Assembly (NCBI GenBank): GCA_002687815.1 | Contig: NZBH01000006.1 | Location: 1 to 38,468, forward strand | Direction of reading: 5' to 3' | From: an archaeon | GTDB lineage: Archaea > Nanobdellota > Nanobdellia > SCGC-AAA011-G17 > GCA-2687815 | Length of the DNA: 38,468 nucleotides | Shown here: positions 1-8,512 of the stretch, in pieces | How the letters are laid out: each line of letters begins with the position of its first letter | How positions within the stretch are numbered: position 1 is the first letter of the stretch | Translations under genes and position numbers: made by a program | Notes under the pieces: generated by a model | The model's database searches: none | What the model saw: only the letters and a program-made list of their open reading frames with translations | Told to the model about the DNA's origin: nothing

Positions 1-607
1 AATTTTCTAATGATTCTTCACTAAAATCATCTACACTCTCTTTTAAATCTCCTTTTAATAAACCTCTATTCTTTAGATATTCTCTTGTCAAAATCCAAAA
101 TATTAATCCAAGACTTTTTTTCCCCTTATTATTACAAGGCATTACAAAGTCAATATTATTAGTTTCATTATTTGTATCGCATAAAGCTACAACCGGTAAT
201 CCAACTTTAATAGCATCTTGTATTGCATTCCTATCTGGCCAAGGATCAGTAGCAAATAATACTTTAGCTTCAGTAAATCCATCTAAATTTGGATTAGTTA
301 AAATTCCTGGAGGATATCTACCAGAAAAACTTCTAATTCCAGTTAATTTAGAAAACATTTCAACAGCTTTCCAACCATTTTCTCTTCTACAAACAATCAT
401 TATTTCCTGAGGTTCATATTGTGCTAAGAATTTTCCAGCTAATTTTAACCTTTCATCTATCCTCTGTATATTAAATACAGAAAGTCCATCTGGTCTTACT
501 TTATAGATAAAAGGTTCCATATATTTTGTTTTGAATTTAGTACCAATATGTATTCCTACTTTCAGATATTGTTCTAAAGGTACTAAAAATTTTTCTTCTG
601 TTACCAT
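1..607 (-). CDS. rps2: 30S ribosomal protein uS2 (S2/SAe family); the 3' end runs off the window
   Basis: Absent from the ORF track because there is no stop in the window. My translation from the ATG at 607..605 reads MVTEEKFLVPLEQYLKVGIHIGTKFKTKYMEPFIYKVRPDGLSVFNIQRIDERLKLAGKFL...FATDPWPDRNAIQDAIKVGLPVVALCDTNN. This is the typical archaeal uS2 pattern. Confidence 0.85.
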   Translation of the reverse strand, partial: MVTEEKFLVPLEQYLKVGIHIGTKFKTKYMEPFIYKVRPDGLSVFNIQRIDERLKLAGKFLAQYEPQEIMIVCRRENGWKAVEMFSKLTGIRSFSGRYPPGILTNPNLDGFTEAKVLFATDPWPDRNAIQDAIKVGLPVVALCDTNNETNNIDFVMPCNNKGKKSLGLIFWILTREYLKNRGLLKGDLKESVDDFSEESLEN

Positions 608-631
608 AAAATAAAATTAACTAAAATAGCA

Positions 632-639
632 TTTATAAA
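632..639 (-). promoter_or_regulatory. TATA-box-like element (TTTATAAA) upstream of rps2, compatible with a leaderless transcript
   Basis: The palindromic TTTATAAA is centred about 28 nt upstream of the rps2 ATG (607..605). No SD-like motif lies in between. Confidence 0.35.
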
Positions 640-770
640 TCTTTTTATAGTGTATTTTTATAATTAAACAACATGTAAATTCTTATCTTTTAATAAGTAA
701 CAAGAAATTCAGCTTTAACATAATCGTTCATGCTATTAACATAAACATATACAGAATAAACACCAGATGA

Positions 771-2570
771 CTAACCTGATGGAATCTCATAAGATACTGT
801 TTCTGGTAGTTTACCAATATTTTCCCGATATGGTAAATCACCTTTATGCTTAATTTCATTTCCATGATAAATATAGTAATCTCTAAGAACACCATTCTTA
901 TCAGGATCAACCATAAATACTAATTTCTCCCCTTGTTTAACAGCATTTGTATCTATCTCTAAAGTATTGGCTGCTTCTTCAAGAGGCTCTATGCATAATT
1001 CACCAACACAGTCGAGTCCAGAAGAACATTCTGCAGTAGATTCACACTTAACAAGCCCTGCAAATGGTATGCATTGGTAATCCTCACATGCAAATCCAGG
1101 AGAGCAAGGAGTCTTAGAACTACACTCTTTTTCAAAACATATCCCTTCACTACTACATAATTCTCCCCAAGGACACTCTTTATAACTCCTACACTCTCTT
1201 TTAATACATTGATATCCAATACATGTTAATCCAGGAGAACAAATTGTTTCCCCATCACATTCTTTTTTAACACATGCTCCCATAAAACATTCTTCACCAG
1301 TAAGACAATTAACCTTACTTTTACATGCCAATTCTCTTTTAACACATGTGTATTCCCTACATGCAAATCCGCCAGGACAAGGAGTTTCAGAATCACATTC
1401 CTTTTCATAACAATATCCACCTAAACATGCAAATCCGCCAGGACAAGTTTCTGCAGAAAGACATAATGCTCTTTCACATTCATCCGCAACACAATCAAAT
1501 CCAGCAGGACAATCTGGACTTAAATAACATGGTTTTGGGATACATAATCCTTTCTCGCATATCGTTCCAGTAGAACAAAATGAATCATCATCACATTCTT
1601 TTTTAAGACATAGTCCTTCTGCACATATTTCTCCAGTAGAACAAAATGAATCATCATCACATTCTTTTTTAATACATAAATTTCCTGCACATACTTCTCC
1701 AAGAGAGCAATCTGATTTATCATCACATTTATACCACCATATCCTTTCACATACTCCTCCCCCACCTGAAAAAATACCATCATTACATTCATACCCAGCT
1801 GGGCAATCCCAATCTCCTTCCTCAGAAGAGCATCCAACGATAATGCATTTGTGATCCATACATGCTAAACCAGAAGAACAATCCATATTTTTATTACAAC
1901 TTTTTTCAATACATTCTCCTGTTCCCGAATCATATTCTAAGTCTGGTCCACATTTTAAAAACCCAAACTTGGCCGTTTTCTTTGGGCTTGATTCTCCACC
2001 ACTACCTATACTTTTTGATTTAGGTCCAGTATTTTCACTTTGTCTACTAGGATCACTATAGGACCTAATTTTTGGTTTAGCTATACCACTACCAGTACTT
2101 TTTCCATTATATTTTCCATCTTTTTTAGTAGGACCAGAATGTTTTTCACCTTTTAGACATTGTGTCCATCCACATGAACCACAATAAGGACCTTTACTTC
2201 CACAACAAGGATCACTTCGACAAGCACTTCTAGCTGCTCTTGCTGCTGCTGCTTGTGCTGATGCTTTTGCTACTACATCTTTTTTACTTGATCCTCCATC
2301 TCCACCACTACTTATACTTCTTTTTTTACTTCCAGTATTTTCACTTTGTCTACTAGAATCACTATAGGACCTAGTTTTTGGTTTAGCTATACCACTACCA
2401 GTACTTTTTCCACCATACTTTCCACTTTTTTTGGTAGACTGACCAGAATGTTTTTCACCTTCCTTAGATTCTTCACCATCTCCAGCAAAAACTTCTTCAG
2501 GTAAAATAGAAATAATTAAACAAATAATAATAAGAAAAACTAAAGCAATTATCAAATCTCTTTTTAACAT
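771..2570 (-). CDS. Secreted or surface cysteine-rich repeat protein, a putative adhesin
   Basis: 599 aa. N-terminal hydrophobic signal or anchor (LIIALVFLIIICLIISIL). Two copies of a ~58-aa Ser/Lys/Gly-rich unit (GEKHSG..KSTGSGIAKPK.RSYSD.SRQSENTG) flank a CC-rich knot. These are followed by 13 tandem ~22-aa modules of pattern C-x5-C-x2-G-x2-C-x4-5-C (for example KKECDDDSFCSTGEICAEGLC). The C-terminal ~70 aa are non-Cys. Confidence 0.75.
   Translation of the reverse strand: MLKRDLIIALVFLIIICLIISILPEEVFAGDGEESKEGEKHSGQSTKKSGKYGGKSTGSGIAKPKTRSYSDSSRQSENTGSKKRSISSGGDGGSSKKDVVAKASAQAAAARAARSACRSDPCCGSKGPYCGSCGWTQCLKGEKHSGPTKKDGKYNGKSTGSGIAKPKIRSYSDPSRQSENTGPKSKSIGSGGESSPKKTAKFGFLKCGPDLEYDSGTGECIEKSCNKNMDCSSGLACMDHKCIIVGCSSEEGDWDCPAGYECNDGIFSGGGGVCERIWWYKCDDKSDCSLGEVCAGNLCIKKECDDDSFCSTGEICAEGLCLKKECDDDSFCSTGTICEKGLCIPKPCYLSPDCPAGFDCVADECERALCLSAETCPGGFACLGGYCYEKECDSETPCPGGFACREYTCVKRELACKSKVNCLTGEECFMGACVKKECDGETICSPGLTCIGYQCIKRECRSYKECPWGELCSSEGICFEKECSSKTPCSPGFACEDYQCIPFAGLVKCESTAECSSGLDCVGELCIEPLEEAANTLEIDTNAVKQGEKLVFMVDPDKNGVLRDYYIYHGNEIKHKGDLPYRENIGKLPETVSYEIPSG
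1566..1697. repeat. Tandem 66-nt intragenic duplication (two Cys modules) with a perfect 41-nt core
   Basis: 1566..1606 and 1632..1672 are identical (tccagtagaacaaaatgaatcatcatcacattcttttttaa). The rest of each 66-nt unit differs at a few positions. Each unit encodes KKECDDDSFCSTG. Confidence 0.9.
1994..2461. repeat. Dispersed intragenic direct repeat, about 160 nt x2 (1994..2152 and 2300..2461)
   Basis: The two copies align by eye with few mismatches and one or two small indels, for example ccagtattttcactttgtctactag(g/a)atcactataggaccta(a/g)tttttggtttagctataccactaccagtacttttt. They encode the duplicated Ser/Lys-rich unit. Confidence 0.85.
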
Positions 2571-3076
2571 GTTGCTGCAATAACTCCTACTTTAAGATCA
2601 ACTTCTTGGTGTAAACAAATTTCTGGAGTTAATTCTTCTGATTTTATTTTAGGAATTACAGTTATTTCTTTAATTTCATCTTTAGGTAACAAATCAATAT
2701 TTGGCAAGGATGTAAAAAATGTTGTTGTTTCATATGCTTTTACTTCTTTGGTAAAAGGGTAACTTGCTTTCATTATATTTTTATTAATACCGTCTCTGAA
2801 CATTAACATAAATCCAGAATTAAGAGGTTTATCTTTATTATTTTTAATTTTAATTTGAATTACCTCATCATTAGCAATGGAAGTATAACAAGCATCTATA
2901 ATATCAAAACCAACATCAGTAACACAAGAAAGTTTAACTTGGCTTTCTTCTGCCTTTCCCATTGTTGATTTAATATTCCTTTGGCTCCATACAATAACAA
3001 CAGTTACTAAAGAAATTACTAACCCCAATAACAAAATAGCAGTAATTAATGGAGAGATTCCTCTTTTTTTATACAT
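2564..3076 (-). CDS. Archaeal type IV pilin-like protein with a class III signal peptide
   Basis: The N-terminus MYKKRG/ISPLITAILLLGLVISLVTVVIVW fits the archaeal prepilin motif: [KR]G then a hydrophobic helix beginning (I/V)SP(L/V)I. The stop overlaps the start of the Cys-rich gene by 7 nt. Confidence 0.7.
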   Translation of the reverse strand: MYKKRGISPLITAILLLGLVISLVTVVIVWSQRNIKSTMGKAEESQVKLSCVTDVGFDIIDACYTSIANDEVIQIKIKNNKDKPLNSGFMLMFRDGINKNIMKASYPFTKEVKAYETTTFFTSLPNIDLLPKDEIKEITVIPKIKSEELTPEICLHQEVDLKVGVIAATC

Positions 3077-3228
3077 AATTCAAATAAAACTTTCAATATT
3101 TAAATAATTTTTTATACCACCATAAATCTTTTGTAGAGGCTTATTGGAATAATTCGCTCAAAGAATCTTCATCAACAATATTACTGTAGTTTAAAATTTA
3201 TTTTATAAAAGAAAAAGAAAAAGAGAAA

Positions 3229-3921
3229 TTAAAAGTTCTTTCTAATTTGGCTTATTAATCCTTCTGCTTCTCTCTTAAATCCAAGACCAAATCCAATTCC
3301 TAATGCTAAAGCAATTCCTACAGCTAATGCACCAACAATTAATAAGAATGTATTTTCTAAGATTGTAACATCAACACCTATTTGACCAAGTGCTATTAAT
3401 CCTGCAAATACTAAAATTACTACTTTTAATAAACCTGCAGCAAATTTTACACCTTTCATCTTAGAGTGTTCTACTAATTTTGTTTGTACATAATAAGCTA
3501 TAATAAGACCACCCAAAACAACAACAACTGCTACTATTACATTAGGTAACCATAGAACAAGTCTATTTAATAATAAAGTTAAAGTCCCTAAATTAAGTTG
3601 ATCTATTGCTGCTTGTAAGAAGACAATAAAAACATACCACTTTAAGATCTCTCCAAAGACCATCGATAGTTTCGTGTGTCCGATTGCTTTTGTTAATTTT
3701 GCTTTTTGTACTTGTCTATCAAGACCTACTTTTTCAAGAATAGCTCTTAATCCACGGCCTATAAGAACAGCTACAACCCAACCAATAAATAAGAGTAATA
3801 TAGCTACAACAATACCTGGTAAAGCACTCATAAGGGCATACCATAAACTTAAAATTGGATCCATTATGGCTGCACCAGCTTGACCAATTGTGCTTACTAC
3901 GCCGCCAGTAATATCAATCAC
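3229..3921 (-). CDS. Multi-pass membrane protein of the conserved TM-helix-repeat type (as found N-terminal to MscS-like channels)
   Basis: 230 aa, about 5-6 hydrophobic helices. Motif AILLLFIGWVVAVLIGRGLRAILEKVGLD. GTG start at 3921 preceded by a strong SD, GGAGGTG (3927..3933), with a 5-nt spacer. Confidence 0.6.
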   Translation of the reverse strand: MIDITGGVVSTIGQAGAAIMDPILSLWYALMSALPGIVVAILLLFIGWVVAVLIGRGLRAILEKVGLDRQVQKAKLTKAIGHTKLSMVFGEILKWYVFIVFLQAAIDQLNLGTLTLLLNRLVLWLPNVIVAVVVVLGGLIIAYYVQTKLVEHSKMKGVKFAAGLLKVVILVFAGLIALGQIGVDVTILENTFLLIVGALAVGIALALGIGFGLGFKREAEGLISQIRKNF

Positions 3922-4025
3922 CTTAACACCTCCTTTTTATACATTATAAAACAATAACTATTTTTTAAAAAATGTTTACATTTATATATCTTTCGAAATA
4001 AATTAACCACTATAGAAAAATAACA

Positions 4026-4988
4026 CTAATTAAGTAGTTTTTTTATTTTTGGAAGGGCTTTTTCTGTTGCTTTTTCACCCTGTTTTATAAGGTATTCTAT
4101 TTTATCAAAATCAAATATACCAACACCTTTTAATCTTGGTTTTATCATAACATCTGCTTTTCTATTTTCTAAGGATAATCTTCTTACTTCACGACTCATG
4201 ACATAAACAGAATCCATCATAATTTTAAGAATATCTGGAGGATTAAATTTTTTATGACCAAGAAATTTTTTAATTCTTTTTGGTTTTAAAAGCCATTTCA
4301 ATAAAAAAGAAAGTTTCATTTTCTTTTTATCCATATAATTATTAAAACTGTCTATTTCCATTTCAATAAAAGTATCTTTAATTTCTGAAGCAAAACTGCC
4401 TTTTTTTGGTTTTGGTTTAGGCAAATCTTTTGGATGTTTCATCTCCATTCCTGCAGCACTTACATCACTTCCAATAATTTTACTACATTCCATTTTTTCT
4501 ACTGCATCTATTGGAATTGGATCTACCAAGCCACCATCTACATATACATATTTGCCAATTTTAATTGGAGAGAAAACTACTGGATAAGAAATACTTGCTC
4601 TAAGAGCTTTAGATACAGAACCAGAATCAAAAATTCTTCTTTTTCCTGTAGTAAGATTAGTTGCTATGGCAGCAAATGGTTTTTTTAATTCGCTAAATTG
4701 TTTATTCCCAATTATATTATTAAAAAAATTTTCAATTTTTTTACCATCTACAAGTCCTTTTTTGGGAAGAATAAAATCAAATAGATTTTTATATTTAGTA
4801 TCATATGTTATTGATTCAATTTTACTTGCTTTAAATCCAGATGCATAAAATGCACCAACTACAGAACCCATACTTGTTCCTGCAACACAATTAATTGGAA
4901 TTTTATTTCTTTCTAAAACTTTAAGGACACCTATGTGAGCAATTCCTCTTGCAAAACCACCACTTAAAGCTAATCCGATTTTTTTCAT
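4026..4988 (-). CDS. Patatin-like phospholipase
   Basis: Oxyanion motif GGFARG, nucleophile elbow GTSMG (GxSxG), catalytic Asp motif VDGGLVDPIP. The start overlaps the enolase stop (ATGA). Confidence 0.85.
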   Translation of the reverse strand: MKKIGLALSGGFARGIAHIGVLKVLERNKIPINCVAGTSMGSVVGAFYASGFKASKIESITYDTKYKNLFDFILPKKGLVDGKKIENFFNNIIGNKQFSELKKPFAAIATNLTTGKRRIFDSGSVSKALRASISYPVVFSPIKIGKYVYVDGGLVDPIPIDAVEKMECSKIIGSDVSAAGMEMKHPKDLPKPKPKKGSFASEIKDTFIEMEIDSFNNYMDKKKMKLSFLLKWLLKPKRIKKFLGHKKFNPPDILKIMMDSVYVMSREVRRLSLENRKADVMIKPRLKGVGIFDFDKIEYLIKQGEKATEKALPKIKKLLN

Positions 4989-6121
4989 TTTATTTTTCTT
5001 TCTATTTTAATAAGTTCATTTATTTTGGCTTGTCTTTCCTTGCCATAAATACCACACTTAATTAATGGAATATTCCAAGCAACAGCCAAGTGACTTATTG
5101 TAGCATCTAAAGTTTCTCCAGAACGATGTGAAATAACAGGAACAATATCTTTTCTTTTAGCAAAATCAACTACTTTTTTTGTTTCAATTAAACTTCCTAT
5201 TTGATTTGGTTTTATTATAACAGAATTTATAGAATTACCAGCTCTTTTTAATCTCTTAAGATTTGTACAAATTAAATCATCACCACAAATTAAAACATCT
5301 TTTTTTAGTTTCTTAAAACTATTAAAATCAGTTTCTTCAAAAGGATCTTCTACATAAACAAGATTATAATCATTAATTAAACCAAAAATAAATTCAAATT
5401 GTTCTTTTTTACTTAAAATTTGATTTCTATAAACGTATTTTTCTCCATCCCATAATTGAGAAGCAGCAAAGTCGATTCCAACTCTAACTTTTATTCCTGT
5501 TCTTCTTGTAAATTTTTTTATTGTTTTATTTAAAATCCCAAGGACTTCTAAATTTTCAAGATTAGGTGCCCAAGCTCCTTCATCTGTTTTCTGATTATTA
5601 AATGTTTTATCTGCTCTTTTTAATTTTCCTCTTAATTTTTTATAAATTTTCCAATTAATTAAAGCAGCCTTAGCAAAAGAATCTGTTTTTGGTAATAATA
5701 AGAATTCTTGTATGTCAATTATGTTTCCAGCATGAAGTCCACCACCAACACAATTTCCCAAAGGTCTTGGAATTTCTTTGGCTTTTGGATTCAGAAATTT
5801 CCATGGTTTTCCTTTTGATAATATTTTTAGAATAGCAAATTCCAATGCAATTGTTGTATTTCCACCAAGGTTATATTTTTCTACTTTTTTTAAATCATTA
5901 AAATTATTTATCTTTATATTTTTAAAATCTACTTTACTTAATTTTTTGATTGCTTCATCAACACTATTTTTAGGAAATGCTTTAACTTCAAATTTTCCTT
6001 TAGAAACTCCAGATGGGGCAGATGCTATCCCTGTACCTTTATTAGAACGAACTTTAACTTCAATAGTTTCTTTTTTTCTAGAATTAAAGATCTTTCTAGC
6101 TGTAACATCTCTTATTTCCAT
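4985..6121 (-). CDS. eno: Enolase (phosphopyruvate hydratase), unusually short form
   Basis: 378 aa. Motifs seen: SGVSKG..E (N-terminal loop), GGGLHAG, TDEGAWAPN, IDFAAS, VEDPFEETD, CGDDLICTN, IKPNQIGS, SHRSGET, LIKCG. Confidence 0.85.
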   Translation of the reverse strand: MEIRDVTARKIFNSRKKETIEVKVRSNKGTGIASAPSGVSKGKFEVKAFPKNSVDEAIKKLSKVDFKNIKINNFNDLKKVEKYNLGGNTTIALEFAILKILSKGKPWKFLNPKAKEIPRPLGNCVGGGLHAGNIIDIQEFLLLPKTDSFAKAALINWKIYKKLRGKLKRADKTFNNQKTDEGAWAPNLENLEVLGILNKTIKKFTRRTGIKVRVGIDFAASQLWDGEKYVYRNQILSKKEQFEFIFGLINDYNLVYVEDPFEETDFNSFKKLKKDVLICGDDLICTNLKRLKRAGNSINSVIIKPNQIGSLIETKKVVDFAKRKDIVPVISHRSGETLDATISHLAVAWNIPLIKCGIYGKERQAKINELIKIERKIK

Positions 6122-6160
6122 AACTTAGAAGAATATTCTCTATTTATTAAAACTTTTTGT

Positions 6161-6367
6161 TTATACAGAAACTCTTTTTGGTAAAGGTCTTTTAATTGTT
6201 ATAGGTAGAACTCCATCAGTAAATTCTTTTTTTGCTATCTCTATTGGATTGTATTTAATTTTCTCAAAATCCTTTTTTTCCATCTTAAGAAGTATTGGTG
6301 CTCCCATAGCTACTTGTAATGCTCTTGCTCCAATTATTCTTGCTTTTTCATATTTTGTAAATTTCAT
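6161..6367 (-). CDS. rpoK: DNA-directed RNA polymerase subunit K (Rpo6)
   Basis: 68 aa. TKYEKARIIGARALQVAMGAPILL is the Rpo6/omega core motif. The start overlaps the Rrp42 stop (ATGA). Confidence 0.85.
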   Translation of the reverse strand: MKFTKYEKARIIGARALQVAMGAPILLKMEKKDFEKIKYNPIEIAKKEFTDGVLPITIKRPLPKRVSV

Positions 6368-7128
6368 TGTATTGCTTTTCTCAATTCTTTTTCTTTTTCA
6401 AATGCAATATCCATCATTTCATCTATCTCTTTAAAAGAAAGACCTTCTATGCCACCTTTTTGCATAGCATTTATTTTGTTACCACAAACAGCAACACTTA
6501 ATCTAGCATCAATTACTTGTTCTTCTTCTGAATTTGGATCTACTAAAATTTTATCTCCAATTTTAACTAATGTACAAGTTATTGGAATTTTAGTTAATGG
6601 TAATTTATCTTTTGTTAATTCCCCGTATTTTATTTTATTTTTTTCTAATTTTGGGAATTTAACTTCTTTTAAAGCAGCAACAGTAGCCAATGCAGAAGCA
6701 TCAATTAAGTTTCCTGCATCATTAATTGGATAAATATCTATAAAAACTAACCAAATTAATTCTCCTTTTTTAATACATAATTTTTTAAAATCAAGTGCCT
6801 TACTTTCCCTTATACCACGATCAATTATTCTTGCTAATTCTATTGCTTGCTTTCCTGGTGGTCCAGATTCAAATTCTTCAGAAGCCATTGGTAATAACTC
6901 TGAAGTTACCATGATTGTTCCTTCATCTGGATTATCTGGATAAGGTTCTCCTAAACTTAGTTTAATACCAGCTATTACTTCTGTTTCACCAATAGTTGCT
7001 TTTGCAGAACCTTCTGCATTTTTTGAAATTCCAGTTTCTATTTTTACTGGTTTTCTAAATTCTTTTAATTTTCTACCATCTATTCTTGAATCTTGCTTTA
7101 TTAAATCTAAAATATAATTTTCACTCAT
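6364..7128 (-). CDS. rrp42: Exosome complex subunit Rrp42 (RNase PH-like, non-catalytic)
   Basis: 254 aa. RIDGRKLKEFRKPVKIETGISKNAEGSAKATIGETEVIAGIK. Sits downstream of Rrp41 in the conserved order. Confidence 0.85.
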   Translation of the reverse strand: MSENYILDLIKQDSRIDGRKLKEFRKPVKIETGISKNAEGSAKATIGETEVIAGIKLSLGEPYPDNPDEGTIMVTSELLPMASEEFESGPPGKQAIELARIIDRGIRESKALDFKKLCIKKGELIWLVFIDIYPINDAGNLIDASALATVAALKEVKFPKLEKNKIKYGELTKDKLPLTKIPITCTLVKIGDKILVDPNSEEEQVIDARLSVAVCGNKINAMQKGGIEGLSFKEIDEMMDIAFEKEKELRKAIQ

Positions 7129-7828
7129 TTTGGAACTCCTGGTATGCTTTTTTTAATGCTTTTTTCTGTATTTTATATATATCATCACAAGTTTTTTTTG
7201 CCATTTTTAATGCTTCTTTTAATTCTTCTTTTTTAATGGAACCATCTAATTGTAGCAAAATAACTTCGCCAGTTCTTGGAACTATAGCAACAGGGATATC
7301 AGTACTTCCTTCTTCATAATCTTCTTCATCTTTGTCAAGATCACAAACTACTTTGTCTCCAACCTTTCCAACAGAAATTGCTGAAACTAAATCACGCATT
7401 GGTATGCCAGCATCAGCTAAAGCCATAACAGCAGCATTTATTCCAGCACATCTTGTACCAGCATTTGCTTGTGTAATATTAATAAAAACATCAACAACTG
7501 CATTAGGAAATTGATCTAAATTTACAACAGACAATAATGAATTTTCAGTTACCATAGAAATTTCAGTACCTCTCCTAGATGGACCAGGTCTTTTTCTATC
7601 TGGGACTGAAAATGAAAGCATATCATATACACATCTTAAAGTACCCCTTTCTGGATTTTGTAAAAATCTTGGATGAAGTTCTCGAGGACCATAAACAGCA
7701 GCAATAGCAATTGTATCTCCCATCTTAAACATGGCTGAGCCATCTGCTCTTTTTATGATACCAACTTTTGCTTCCATCTTTCTTGGTTCATCAAATTTTC
7801 TTCCATCCGGTCTTTTTGTATAAGTCAT
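7121..7828 (-). CDS. rrp41: Exosome complex exonuclease Rrp41 (RNase PH-like)
   Basis: 235 aa. RPDGRKFDEPRKMEAKVGIIKRADGSAMFKMGDTIAIAAVYGPRE. Conserved position between Rrp4 and Rrp42. Confidence 0.9.
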   Translation of the reverse strand: MTYTKRPDGRKFDEPRKMEAKVGIIKRADGSAMFKMGDTIAIAAVYGPRELHPRFLQNPERGTLRCVYDMLSFSVPDRKRPGPSRRGTEISMVTENSLLSVVNLDQFPNAVVDVFINITQANAGTRCAGINAAVMALADAGIPMRDLVSAISVGKVGDKVVCDLDKDEEDYEEGSTDIPVAIVPRTGEVILLQLDGSIKKEELKEALKMAKKTCDDIYKIQKKALKKAYQEFQNE

Positions 7829-8511
7829 TTTTTAGTTTCCTTTTCTAATAATTCTTTTATTTTATCTGTTAAGCCAGGAGTGTGACTTTCTCTTTCTATT
7901 TTCCTTATTGCTTTTGTTGCAATCAGGGTATTTTTAATATCTCCTTGAATCCAAACACGACCATTTTGACCAACAGTAATTCTACAATTAGTCATTTTTT
8001 TAATCATATCAATCATACTTCCTTGTTTACCAATAACTCTTGGAACTTTTGAAGGAGTTACTTCAATTATATTACCACCAACTAATTTCATTAAACCAGG
8101 ACCTTTTGTAGTTAAATCAATTAATTTAGACCTAGTTATTTTTGTAATTTTAGTAACCACAATATCATTAAAACTATAATATTTAGTTAAATCATCATCT
8201 CTCTCAACATATTCTTGTACTGATCTTATTGAAAGTACTGCATCATAAGAACAGCCAATATCAACAACCCAGCCATTAAAATTCATATCTATTATACGGC
8301 CAATTATAATATCCCCTACTTTTGGAACATATTTTCCTGTTAGAGGTATTAACCTAATTACTTTTCCTCTTACACTTATTAAGCCTAATTGAGAAGCAAT
8401 TATTTTTTCACCTTCTCTAAATGCAGCTCCACCAGGTAAAAAATCCATCCCAGTAGCCAACTCTTGACCAGGAACCACAATTTCTTTATCTTTAACTTTT
8501 ATTTCTCCCAT
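7825..8511 (-). CDS. rrp4: Exosome RNA-binding subunit Rrp4 (S1 + KH domains)
   Basis: 228 aa. S1-like GDIIIGRIIDMNFNGWVVDIG and KH-like VIGKQGSMIDMIKKMTNCRITVGQNGRVWI. Confidence 0.9.
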   Translation of the reverse strand: MGEIKVKDKEIVVPGQELATGMDFLPGGAAFREGEKIIASQLGLISVRGKVIRLIPLTGKYVPKVGDIIIGRIIDMNFNGWVVDIGCSYDAVLSIRSVQEYVERDDDLTKYYSFNDIVVTKITKITRSKLIDLTTKGPGLMKLVGGNIIEVTPSKVPRVIGKQGSMIDMIKKMTNCRITVGQNGRVWIQGDIKNTLIATKAIRKIERESHTPGLTDKIKELLEKETKK

Positions 8512-8512
8512 T

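Noticed and set aside
728-1837. Several 60-105 aa ORFs inside the Cys-rich gene, in alternative frames or antisense (728..910, 989..1219, 1226..1420, 1346..1573, 1520..1837)
   Set aside because: Alternative frames stay open because of the repetitive codon structure of the 13 Cys modules. Their products are low-complexity, repeat with the same period, and have no start signals.
3674-3883. Assorted antisense track ORFs inside confirmed genes: 3674..3883, 4434..4848, 5778..6128, 6249..6733, 7086..7514, 9126..9455, 9708..9908, 10121..10336, 14246..14640, 17227..17445, 19164..19688, 23334..23681, 26806..27048, 27638..27823, 30532..30723, 31609..31881, 32434..32631, 32931..33140, 37388..37573, 38156..38365
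   Set aside because: Each is fully nested in, or antisense to, a gene with clear homology or a better coding signal. The products are low-complexity and there are no independent start signals.
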